From positions 35,836,001 to 35,900,000 of the forward strand of contig OZ286462.1 in NCBI GenBank assembly GCA_965644265.1: a stretch of DNA of 64,000 bases, in the 5' to 3' direction. Each line of letters starts with the position of its first letter. The first letter of the stretch is position 1. This DNA comes from Glycera tridactyla (taxonomy: Eukaryota). The notes beneath the pieces are model-generated. The model did no database searches. It was not told the origin of the DNA and saw only the letters and a list, made by a program, of their open reading frames with translations. This document shows positions 27,001-40,400 of this stretch, piece by piece. A program made the translations under genes and the position numbers.

Positions 27001-28407
27001 GTTATATCAATCAGTTCTAAAATAACACTGATAATGAAGATAATGATAATGATGGTAATAATATCAATAACGGTAAACTGAGGATAGTATTAACAGTAAT
27101 GATGAAGTAAAAATAATCATCATTGTTCATATAAAAACTTGGATTGAATAAAGCTTTTATTTTGAAGTTATATCTCCATAACTAGCGAAAATGGTGTTTC
27201 ATTTGAAAAATGGGCTACCTTATTTGGGGTAAATGAGCAATGTACTGAGGCTTACACAATACCAAATGATAAATACGTCTTTCACAATATCTTCATAGAG
27301 AAACCAGTCAATCTGACATATGAAGTCATCATTTCATTTGAATTTTATACCTGGGACCCATCATCTCCAGATTCATTCAAACTTGTTCAAACTTACCGAA
27401 TGATGGTGAAAACCCCCCTCAGAATTCGCTTCATGTTTCATGGGTCAGAATTTGTAATGCCCCAGCTTGTGACAACTTCATCAGATAACATTTTTACCGG
27501 GAGATAGGCAAGAAAGATGGATCACTGAATCCCAGGGAGGGGCATGTTATTCGTCCCCTGAGGTCACAATAGCATACTTTGTAATAGTACGCACTCATAA
27601 ATATACCATGTTCGCTCCATGTCCCCAATTCACAGGAATAGGATCACAGATATATACACACACCCTATATCTTGAGAAAAGAAGCTTATGGAAGTTGTAA
27701 ATAGGCCACCCAAGGTCGGAGGCATGCAACTTCTATTGCTCTAACCTAGAAATAATATTGCGCCCCCATCCCTTTCTACATGAGAGTGGGAGATGGCATA
27801 ATATTCTCCAACATATCTTACATGTTACAGAATGCTTGTAATAAGGGAGAATCTGAGGAATAATACTTTCCTATCCATCCCCTGTAAGATGTAGTCCAAT
27901 GTTCTGGCAGTCCAAAATAATGAATATCAATTTTAGAATTATATCCACACGGAATCTCAGAGCCAACTTGAGACACCTTCTGAAGGCTGGCCTTTTCTTT
28001 TCTCAGGTGATTTTTCTCCTACTAGGAAGAAGTGTCTGTTGCATAACTTTCCCCATCTCTAACTCAGCTGAATACAGGGTCGAAACTAGACATACAAAGT
28101 TGAGCTCTTGTTTACAACGATATTTCAAACTAATACACCAAAGCCGACAACTATGGCATATTGGTCATTTTACACGACTGGTTATTTCCAGGATATTTTT
28201 AAGGTGTATTATGGGAGATCACTACTGGTTCAAGCAGTACATGGGCTACATCTGAACACTGTGTTACTCTTTGAACATGCAATCAGTTTACATGGCCCAC
28301 ACTGGAAGCACCAAGCTTTAGTATATCAGGAACACATGGCAAACATAATCCTTGAGGTTGATACATGTTTCTTATCAATCAATAAATAAATCAATCAATC
28401 AATCAAT

Positions 28408-28460
<53 letters not shown>

Positions 28461-31400
28461 CACTTGGTAGTCTAGTTCTGGAATAGAATCCTACATACAC
28501 AGAACACATGCGATTTTCACAAGATGATCGTATACCCAGATGGCCTGGAACCCCTTCAAAATCCACCTCCCATTACATACAATTTCGTGAAAAAGCGATT
28601 CTCCACACCATGTTTTCAGCACAGTGCAGAATGAAAAGTGAACTTGGACGCGTTTGTCCTCCACCTTTTGTGGTAAATTGTCACACATCTCTAATCACAG
28701 CAAGATGCTGCCATGAATGTGAACACAGCATTCTTGACATCTCTCACAAGAAGATGTTACAATGTCAACAAAAACCCGAGCTTACATGTCTAGAGGGTGG
28801 AACTGTCCGATAAAAATGCGACATGTTTTGCGAGATTTAGTGTCATCTTTCAATTTCTGCTCAACGGCCATTTAACAATAGCTGAAGAAGATATCCATCA
28901 TGGAGGGACCGTTTCATTTTGTAAACACAGTGGTGATGTCTCTGTTTGGGTCAATAACGATATTACAAAAGTTGGTGAAAGATAAGAGATGTTTATCCTA
29001 ACTCAATGAAAGACATCATCTAAAGAAAGTTGGTGAAAAGTAAGAGATGTCTATTCTGACACAACAAAAGTCATCAACCAAGTGAGTTTGTGACAAGTTG
29101 GAGATGGGACATCTCGTGGCATCAACATGACTTTCTTCTCATAGTTTGTTCATTTCAAGCAAAACCTCAGTAACCATCAGATTTCAATGTAGACTTAATA
29201 TTCATATATTTATTTATAGAGAACAGGCTAATGCAAATGCTTGTGTCAAGACTTTTGGAAACTTTTGGATCTGAATTTTTGTAGGAAATTCCCTGAGCTC
29301 AGAAGCTATTTGAGAATGTGACATCACTGCACAAGTGCATTTTAAAATCACTTCATTAGCCGAGCAATTGCAGTTCTCTTCACAAACTATGAATAATATT
29401 GGGTAGAGGCAATGAATTCCATGGAAAGATGACCAAGACTTCTATGATACTTGTCTGAGTTAGCAAGCAGATGGAAAGCTCATGTCACCCCCTGTATTGA
29501 ATTCAGTTTAACTGGCCACTTTTTCAACTCAAACCACAGAACCACAAATTATCACAATGAAGAGCTCAACTCGGGGAAGGCATACTGTGCACTTTGATGT
29601 GAGAATTACCAGAGCACAAGATGAAAACTAAGTGATACCCTAGATCAATAGTTGGGAGTTATGATGGCGGAGTCAGTCGTCAGTAGGTCTAGCCTCGACC
29701 AGAATAGCTCTCCTGTCATAACACAAGTGCAGCATCATCGTCAACTGAGCTGACAAGTGTCGCTCATTGAGAGATCGAATCTCAACCCTAAATGCCAGAG
29801 ATGAAAATAGGAAATCACGTCCATCTATGTCCATCAATGTCCATCAATGGAGCCAATTGTGGATTGTTCAGTCTTGCAATGGCATTTCGCTATGCCACAA
29901 CAAGGATTTCAGAAAAGGAAATGAATATGAAAAGACCACACTTCGTCACAATGACACATGAAAAAGTAGACAGGTACCCTCTGTATAAGTTGGCATATAC
30001 AGTCAGCTGATAATATTGTCATTGTCATTGTCTAAGCATGGGGAGTAATGAAAGATCACTACAGTTTGACACACTGGTTTTGTGGATAAATTATGCATGA
30101 ATAATAGGATTATAGATCTATAGTTCAACAGGAGTGACCACTGTCTTCAAGCAAACAATTCAGTACAAAATCCTGATTCAAAGACTACCTTCATGGAATT
30201 CAAGTGACACATATAATCAATGTCTTTCTATATGTACATTTTCAATACTGAAAGGAAACCGTAGCAGAGTAGGAGATTCAATACTTACGGAAGCTTTTTC
30301 ATTTTACAGTATACAAGTGCCATAGCGACTGTCTTTTTATAATAAACTCCAGTTCCTCAGAGATCAGATTCGTGTCTCAGAACCGACACAAATGCTTTAA
30401 AGGCATACAGTTTTCTCTTAAATTCAGAAGTCTCACGAAATGCATGTTCCTCATACATTATCTCTCCCTATATATACACATCCTTGATAACCAGTACTGG
30501 AGAGTAGTGTCTTCAGGAGTCATCACCCTGGGTAATATATCCACAATTCCAAGTAACATAGAATTCCCTATCCCAGCATTAAGAGATCGATTGTAATGTC
30601 ATATTTCGCCTGAAAACAATCTCCGCCAGGCCAGTATAAATCCTCGTTCTGTTCTCAAGAATTGACGTATAAATGAGGATGCACTAAATCCTGCTGATGA
30701 TACTGTAGTAAACAGAGAAGCGAACAAGTACAGTTCCTGTTTTTGCACGATGAAAATCTACTTAATGATGGTGATATCAGTGTATCCTGTATAATTAAAA
30801 CGTGAAAAAGATGAGCAATATGTGTAAATACATTAATCACTACCCTCAGTAAGATGGGCAATAGTTAATCCGAGTGAGAGTTACCAGGCATTTAGTGATG
30901 TTTATCATAGAATCCTACATCAGACCCAGGGCAATTATGGACATTTGGGGTCTGCTACACATGATCATCTTACACAGAGATGTCTTTGTCGAGCCCTAAA
31001 CCTGTCATCTATGTCATGGAAAGTTTATCTTTTTTGTTATATTCACCACAGATGGTACTTCACCAGGGACATGCTTAGTCACCAGATGCATGGAACCCCA
31101 TGTCACAAGTTGGAACTATTCACTAACTGGAAGGTCACAATGGTATCATGTATGATACTTTGGATTGAAAGCAGGAATAACCCATACAAATACATCATTT
31201 TCCCTGATAAATGAGAAGCAAGAGTGGTACGAGACCATTGAACTCAAATCGAGGGTCTGATTTCAGATTTCAGCCTTGTCAGACAAGGTCTCACTCATTG
31301 TTCAAAAATTGTCTATTTATTTCAGACATTTATATCTGCTATCAAAAAAAATCCATTCATCACATCTGACAGTGAATTGAGGGCTGTGGTATAAAGGCAA

Positions 31401-34400
31401 GATAATGTTCCTGTTCTGGGAGAAAAAATAAATTGGCAGTGTAATATCTTGAAGATGAGAGCTTTTTGGTATTCATATCATCCTGATAAATATTTCAGCT
31501 CAAATTGAACAGTGTGATAGGCAAAGCGATATGATGAAGTTGAAAACTCCTTGAGGTTCACCCCATTTCATGGAATATGTAAGTTAACTCTGCAGTATTC
31601 TTTGATGTAATGCTCTTTGTTATTATCTTTGCAGCCAGAATCTGCGACAAATTACAGATTGAATCAGCTTGTACCAGAACATTACTCGCTACATTCAACT
31701 GCCATCTGATACTCTAGTATGCTATTTTAAACCTTTTTCTGTACCTTTTTTCTACAGATTTCTGACTCATATAGCTCACCCATGTTGAAATATCTCCATG
31801 TGTTGTACACAGCAACTAGGCCATGAATGCCAGCGTGCCTGTCCTCACCCCTCAACCCCCAACAGTCTGAATATATCTGGAGGGCAAACATTGCACGGCG
31901 TTTTCTCAAATGACAAATGAGGATAATTTAGCAAGAGATTGAAACCGTCAGTTGTAACCATTTTCACAGTTGTGCCTTTTTTTTCGAAGTCATGAGAAAA
32001 AGTGCTGTTGAAAAGAATAATGTCTAGTCAACTTTAAAGTTCGCATTGGGAAGTATACATTATAATTGTGCGCTGCCTGGTCACCAGATCATGGTCGCTA
32101 TGCCTAGCCATCCGAGCTTGCTGGACAGTGGGCGGGTGATGAGCCAACCGGCTTTACCATTCCAAACCATTCCAATTACCTAAATCTACCTAAATTGGCA
32201 GTGAACTTTATAAGCTCTGCCCACAAACAGGCTCAATTTCTTCGGGCCATGCTGTGTATAGATTCACACTATGTTCTTGAAATGGCATTTACAATGCTCA
32301 AACTACGAGAAGACATGGGAAAATCTTGAGCATCTGGCTTGGAAAAATGGGCAGTTTTGCGTATTCAAATTGGTGGGTCTGAGATCCTCTTGTTTCCACG
32401 TGCTCACATGATATACCCACATTCCAACATAATGCTTTTCACTTTACATCAATATATTTCATTCCAAATTTGTATTTTCTCATTGCAAATTCATTGGCTT
32501 TGACTGTTGCCCTACTGCAGAGGTGATTAAAATGTGGATCACCTATCAAGTCAAACCTGTCCTAAATGACAATTTTTGGTATTTAAAAGTGAAAGAAAAC
32601 AAAATTCCCACTTAATCCCAAAAAACCGTCTTCTCCAGACATTTCAAATCACAAGATAACTTTCTCTGCCAGTGGATAGCAATTGCTACAAAATTCCAAA
32701 CTTACCAAAATGGACTTTAGACGCACACAATGTGAATACAAATTGGGGAACCCAGCTCTCAATAGCGTTAATGCTACTTGAGCATGAACTGTGACCAGCC
32801 TACTGAATGTACTGGTACCCTGGAATGTATATCCCAAGCTGATTTAGAGTAAGTGAAACCATATGATACGAATGCTGGTGAATTCAGTGGTTGTGCTAGA
32901 TCATATTCTTCCCTTATTTCTCGCCTTATTTGCAAGTATCAAACAAAGAACGAGCACATAGAAATGTGACTGCTATCACACAAAATGTTCCGTTTCATTT
33001 TCCATTGGACCACAGTCCCAAAACATACAGGACACACAGTATCATAGCAACCTTGAAATGCTAAATACAAGATTCTATACTGCTGGTACAGCCCCCAAAT
33101 CATAAGATGTTATGGGTCTCAATTGTGTGTGATATCTAGAGTGTATAATCTATTTCATGGTTACAACATTGCAATGTGTTTTCTATAATTTCAAAAGCAA
33201 GAAAATTTCCTTTTATAATAATCCTCACAACCCCTCCTGAAAAGTTGTGCAAGCGACTTTCATTTGCCATTTGGTTTCATGAAATGTCAAGTCATTCACA
33301 ACTGACGCGGTACAGTGATATAATTCAAGAACAATGTTATATTGCTATATTACCCACCCACTTTTTATCAATAACTAACCAAAAGTCTTCTTCTCTGAGC
33401 TAAATATCATTCAATGAATGATGATCTGATGAACATGCCAAACATCAATTGTCTTTGTCAGGTGAAAATCAAAGTTTTCCTATTCTACCCTGTATCATTG
33501 GTAATCTTCTATCAGTATATATCCAGGGAGGAGAGGTGGTCTATAAATCCATGATAGATTCCCATGTGGAGTAGAGTAAGAGAAATTCCACAGCTAATCC
33601 TACCAATCCACCATTCTGAAGGAGGAGCAATGGATAGTAAACCTGGACATCAGACGAGAGGGAACAAATTCTGTCCACACATTGGTACACTGCACCAAGA
33701 GAGATACTACTACCACGGCTCAATTGGTATGAGAGATCCAAGCACTGAACGATCCTGAAAAGTTGCTGTGGTAACCTCCATATCTCGAAGTTCAAAGTGA
33801 GGCTGGCAGCGCCAGCGAGCTATGAGTGGGAGGGAGGCTTCTCTGTTGTGTGGTATGGTTGGCCCACTGAATTGCTCTTCCTCACAATCTGCCAATATTT
33901 TCCTCCTCGCCCTTCTCAGGTGAATACATTCTGCATTCGGAATGGGAATGAGAAGTACATAGCTGGATTCTTTGCCCTCCCTCACTACTGGAAACTTCAA
34001 CCACAAAGCACATGTGATGAACAGCGCTGACTGTTGACCCACTTGAGAAAGCACCGAAGCAGATTTATTTAAATGTAATGCATGAGTGAAATCATAACAC
34101 TGAAAACATTTGCATTTTTTCGGGATATAAACCACACGCAATTACTACAAGTCGATACCTGACAAGAATATAGTACATTTGAAATAACTGATGACTTCCT
34201 ACAAACAAATACTTCATTCAGTTATGACAGCTGCCATGCATCACTCGATATAACTGCATTATTTCGAATTCACCCCCACCCTCTAAATCTCATCATGTGA
34301 CACAACAAAGATGAATAAAATTTGATGATATTCAAGATCAAAACCTCATGGTGATTTTTTTTTTCAGGTACATAGGATATTCCCAGCCAAAGGATGAAAT

Positions 34401-37400
34401 TCCTCAAAGTCAAATCATCCTAGGTGCACAATTAACGAGGTCCTCGTCACCAAATTTTCACAGATGGTGTGGTAACAAAGGGGCCATATTTAGCGGCTGA
34501 CGAATTTACACGAATCACCCTGATATACAAATGTACTACCAATATCCAACATGTGCAGCCACCATGCATTTACCCCAAATGATCACCGAGGCATGATGAC
34601 AGTAAAACCAACTCTTTGATGCCCACATTGTTCTATTCTGCCCAGTTTTCGACCCCAGTCCATGTTTATTTCTACTGGGTATGTATTTATTGATGCCTCC
34701 TTACAAGGGGGGGGGGGGAACAGCCTGGTTCCATGCCAATCATTGCAAGCATAACAACCAAAAGACACTGACAATTTCTCAAGAGGATATGCCTTTGCTA
34801 TAGTACAGTCGAACCTCCCTATAAATACTGCCCTCGGCCGCACCAAAAAGTGGTCTTTATAGGGAGGTGGCCTTTATAGAGAGGTCATTTACTGTAGAAA
34901 ATACTACCAAGGTCATATTTCAGGGCGGTCTTTATAGGGAGGTGGTCTTTATAGAGAGGTGGTCTTTAGAGGAGGTTTGACTGTATAATCTTAATTGATG
35001 TAATAATGAAATTATATGAGTATCAAATAGTATACCAAAACCTTTTTATATAAATCAGATCCCTGCACCCCTCACATGTGGTTATGGGAGGCAACCTAGA
35101 ATTTCATCCAATCAATTTCGTTCTACGTCAGTTTTCAGGGAATAAAAATGAATACATCAATTAAAGAAGACCTTAAGGACATTATACAAGTTCTGCAAAC
35201 TTTGTTTGAGCTGTGTGTACTGTACAGCCTGTCTAGTTGTTTCAGGCAAGTGGCCATGTTTTGCACTTTCCATCTATCTATGATTTGCTCATGTGGAAAT
35301 AGATACTATATGCTGAGAGAGCAGAACTGGTGCTGCAGGAAGGTAGTTGCTACATGTGAATAATACAAAATCTACCTAGCAACCCATGGCAACTGATCTG
35401 TGATGTCACAGTGAGATCTGGAATGAGGCTAGACACACAGACTGCAGGAAGAATAATGCTAGATTAATCTGATCTTTGCAAATAGGAACAGAAACCCCAT
35501 TTGACATTTAATCATACCAGGATTATCTTGAATCAGATGGATGCAATGAAACATTTCCAACACCATTCTCTTGTCTGAAAGACACATCATCCCCGCAGTC
35601 TATGGAAGACCACATACATGAGAAATGGTGACGTATCATTGCAACATACTCTCAAAGATGTCCCCATAAAATGTGTCTCCTACAATCTATTCTGTGACAT
35701 TTTGATTCGAAACGTATCAAGGATGAAATCTGTCAGATGATAAATTGGATGAGCTATCAGGCTACTAAACGAATAGAAGGTGATAGCCAAAAATTCGGCA
35801 ATCAGACAAAATCTAAATTCTAAAGCTTTGTACGTAGATGAGACGAGATGGAGCTGAACAAAACCACTCTCCATTTATCAGCGTGTAAGATCCGTCCAAG
35901 CAGAACACATGTAATTAATTTCGTCATTATAGAGTGTCTGACAGTTCAGCAACTCCTCCAAAACCCTCGGCAGTCATTAATTCACATGCACAGGTGATCG
36001 GAAGGAATCAACCACCCCCTGAGGTGACAACATTGCAGTAAATCTCAGGGAACCTTCAAATCAAAATCATCAAGAATAATCCATTATTGAGTAAAGTGAG
36101 ATTTTGAAATTGTTATGAGTTGGTGATTCCAATTGATATCATGGATATAACATCTTTGATGAAATACAAGGATTTGAGACATTACTTTTATTCATGTTAT
36201 AATCCATACTATGTAGGTGGATAATTTCTGAATATGGTACTCGAGTGGGCAGGTTGATCTCTTGGTGGGCAGGTATATTCCATTCTCACCAGCTCATTGG
36301 ATGGATAGAGAATAACTAATGTCGAACACATGCATGTACTGAACTTTAGTACATTGACTTCATGACAGGGAATCATGAATGTCTAACATGTAACAATCAG
36401 TTGGATTTCCATGTTGTCCTCTAAAAAAATGAAACACCCATGCAACGGGCTCCGAAGATAAACTTCATATGGTGTCTTTCAGACAATATGGCATGCATCT
36501 ATCTGTACAGAGTTTTTCACCAACCCTATGAACTCTGTTATAGTGGTCGTGAATAGAGGAATGTAATGCATTGGAATGTGGCCAAGATTTGCCCGGTGTA
36601 GAGATCAGAGCAATCAAGCTTGGTATGGTATGATTCAATACAACCAGCCGAGGTTATGTTGGCAGGTCAGAAGTGTGAGAAACAAGACATGAAGGTACCC
36701 TTTCACATCACAAATAACCCTCAGGCTTGTAGGTTGTCCCGACTGCATTTCTTCCCTCCTTCTCACAAATAAAAGGGAATTCCCCCCCCCCCCAAAAAAA
36801 TAATTATGATAGAATTATAACCCCCCCCCCCCCCCCACAAGCACCCCCAGGAAAAAGACACATTGATATTCCATTTATGGAAGTGGAATGATCTTAGGGG
36901 TGCTTAAAACCAAAAATATGAATCAGGAATCAGGAAGCTTTAATATTTCAAAAGAAGCAAAGTATAACATGTTATAGCAAAGTACTGACAGCAATATTCA
37001 TGCAAGTGCCCCTCGTTGCTATGCTCTTGTCAGGAGCAACCCATAGCAACAAGCTGCAGTGAAGTTGAATTTAGCCACAATTGTACTTTACTGATATGGG
37101 CACAATTGTACTTTACTGATACGGCCCCCTCGAGATGTGTGGCTGGAACAAAGTATCACTGGTGAATTGCCAACCCCAACAGTATTATCAGAGAAAGCTG
37201 AGCAAGAAAGCAAGCAAGAGAGAGTGGGGTTGGCATAGCTTGCACCCTGACACATGCCACTGGCTAACAGTTCAAACAGGTGGGCGGCAGAAACAGGATC
37301 TTACATCTGAGGACTGCTCCTAATGGTTTGGGCAGACCACTAAATGCATGTTGCATACAGTCAACCTTGCATACAGGTATGCAGAGTGCAGTCAAACTGA

Positions 37401-40400
37401 TGGATAGATGGATCAATCAATCAATAGATCCGGGGTGAATGAAAGATTTGTTATTTCTACACCCTAGATTGATTGATTGACTGATAGATGGATGGATGAA
37501 TGCATGGATGGAAACAGGGATGGACGGTGAAAAGAGAAATGATGAATATCAAACTCATCAACATAGTAAAGAGTTTTTCAGAGGCATCCCAGTCTTTTAT
37601 GAGCAACCTGTGGAAAACATCACACAAGTTGATGCGATATTACTTGTTCTGAGATTCAGAGAACATCTTTTGGCAATATTGAAAGGCTCAAGGCCCTATC
37701 ACCCTGAAACACATGGATACAATAACCTGATGTATAGTTATTGTATAAAGTCTGTCAAGCTTAATCGTGGCGGGTACGTTTTTCGTCATAGCATCGCGAA
37801 TTTGCATCAGATTGAAATGAATCTTGCAGACAGACATTGTGGACATCTCCGGCGATCAGAAATGTGATCACGGCGATGTTCCCTTGTATATTTCACTTCA
37901 GAACGCCAAATATGACGATTTCACGCTGGTTTCGCGGCAGGTGCGGTGGCCATATCTACGTTGTAAACATAGGGAAGACCGGGCGATAATGCCTCTGCAT
38001 TCGCCAGATAAATACAATGAAATGATGGTGTAATCCTTTTCAAAAGCATATATGGTCCCTGAAACCCGATTCGATAATCGTCGGAACACCTCTACAATAC
38101 ATTCGTGCCATTCAAACTGAAATCAGACGAGAAATGACGACAGGAGTGCTTGAAACGTACCCGCCAAATTTGGATTTGACAGAGTTTAGTGAGTCCTCAA
38201 ACACTTGGAGATACAACATGAGAAGCCAGTAAAAGAGTAAGAGCCATATCACTATGATGCAATTGCCACCAAAATTATACCTGTCACTTGTTAGAGACTA
38301 TAATTTCTCCATAGAATCCACTGATTCATAATAACTCTTGAGATAAACTTAGCATGGTCTATTCACTTCAAGAAATTCTAATGTTTCATTAGGATCCAAC
38401 AAAGACTGGTCTTTCTAAAGTAAACAGATTGTCAGTAACTTTAACTGAAACATGACCATGCCACTGGATATTTTCAAAAGCGTTAATGAGTAGAGCAAAA
38501 ACATAAAAGGTTTTGGAAGCAACTAGCACTTCAGATACTTCTGAAGTAAACACATTTGTTTGATTTCATTTTTACCATATTGCTGAACCGACGCTCAGTT
38601 CTAAGGCAGGATTCTTTTCTATTACCGCTCACCGAAGATGTTCGTATTTACGTACACAGAACGCTGACATGGTGACTTTACTAGATTATACACCGACCTT
38701 GCTTCTGGTTATGTATTCAAACTGACATTTCTGACAGTACAGGTTCTGTTCAAAAAACATCAAGCACCATGCTGTGACCTTTGAGGTAACTGTGAATAGA
38801 TACCGGGTGCAACACTGAACTTTGTGAATACATCCAGACCTTCAGGTTCCAGTGGACTAGGGTTGAAGAGCTTCCAATTATCTTTACAGCTCTAACATTT
38901 CCAGACATGTCAAAATGCCCCCCAAAATTTCTCCACCACTGCAACATTGCAGCTTACTCAGTCCCCAGCACTGCAGGCCTGGATGGCATCATCAATAATC
39001 AGGCAGCCATGGCCAAAATGCTTGAGGCTATACTCTACAGTGAAACCTGCGACCAGAGACTGTCCTAAATGTCACGAATAAACATTGTCAAATAGTCCTG
39101 ATCGCTGCCCTGGAAAAGTGGTCTCCTGTCAAGGAGTTTCACGTGGCAGGGTTTTATGCTAAGGTCTGCCTCTTGGACCGAACACAGGGCAGTTCATCAG
39201 TCTTCCTGCCTGATGGGCAGGTACTGAACCATTATTTAGTCTATGATTATACAGTTGAATCTGCCTAAGAGACCACCTCTCCATAATGACCACCTACCTT
39301 GAGAGTATTTTCAACAGTTAATGACCTCTCTATAAAGAACACCTGCTTATAAAGGCCACTATTTGATGCACCAAACAAGGGGGTTATAGACAGGTTCAAC
39401 TGTATACAGAAGGGCAGGTGAAAGTCCCACTTCTCTGGATCTTATGATTTCATGCCCTACATCCACAACTACAACCTCATGGCTGCAGTGAACCCACACC
39501 CTATCCTGAGAATGGGTACCAGACCAACATGTTGCCTACATAACAGTCACCCTCACGCTACTTACATTAGGTCACACTGTAAACAAACCAAAGGGGCCAG
39601 TTACAGAGATTCTCAACCTAAAGGGAATAGTGGAAGAATAGTTCCACCAACCCAACCGGAGACTTTCCTAATCTCTGACTGAAATGCTTACCACACACCT
39701 GCCGAACATCACAGAAGCAGGAAATGAAGGCAGTAGCATCTGTTTTCTCCCCACCACTATGTTTACCCTCCTGGAAAGCTTGTCAAATAGGATTAGCATG
39801 ATGTGATAATGATAACAGATGGATCAACATTTCAGGATCACCCCTACACCCCTGAACAAAACAGCAGGTGTTATTCTGACTGTGGGCAAATCAGGATATT
39901 CAGGGTGTGAAAATAGGATGATAAAACACATTACTCAAGATGTTTATCTGAAGCTATAAGTCATTATATGTACATAAACATGTACAGATATATGTATGCC
40001 TGCTTACCCATGTACAGATGGATGCAGGTATGCACNNNNNNNNNNNNNNNNNNNNNNNNNNNNNNNNNNNNNNNNNNNNNNNNNNNNNNNNNNNNNNNNN
40101 NNNNNNNNNNNNNNNNNNNNNNNNNNNNNNNNNNNNNNNNNNNNNNNNNNNNNNNNNNNNNNNNNNNNNNNNNNNNNNNNNNNNNNNNNNNNNNNNNNNN
40201 NNNNNNNNNNNNNNNNNNNACTGGTAGACAACAATGAATACCAGAAATATTCAATGCTATTACCCAACACAATAAATTCTCTACGCTGAATATCAAATAC
40301 ACAACACAATGCTGTGAAGAAATCGATTATATTTACTCAATTACCTCAAGGTGAACTTCAAACGTTCATTCAAGTCTCCATGGAGCGAGGTTTCGGAGTT

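Noticed and set aside
33541-34141. Cluster of 64-143 aa ORFs on both strands
   Set aside because: The plus frame between plausible splice sites has about the number of stops expected by chance; no family recognised.
36782-36836. Poly-C/poly-G tracts (also about 4071, 15088, 16735, 56942, 57105) as G-quadruplex elements
   Set aside because: Simple homopolymers with no specific positional signal.
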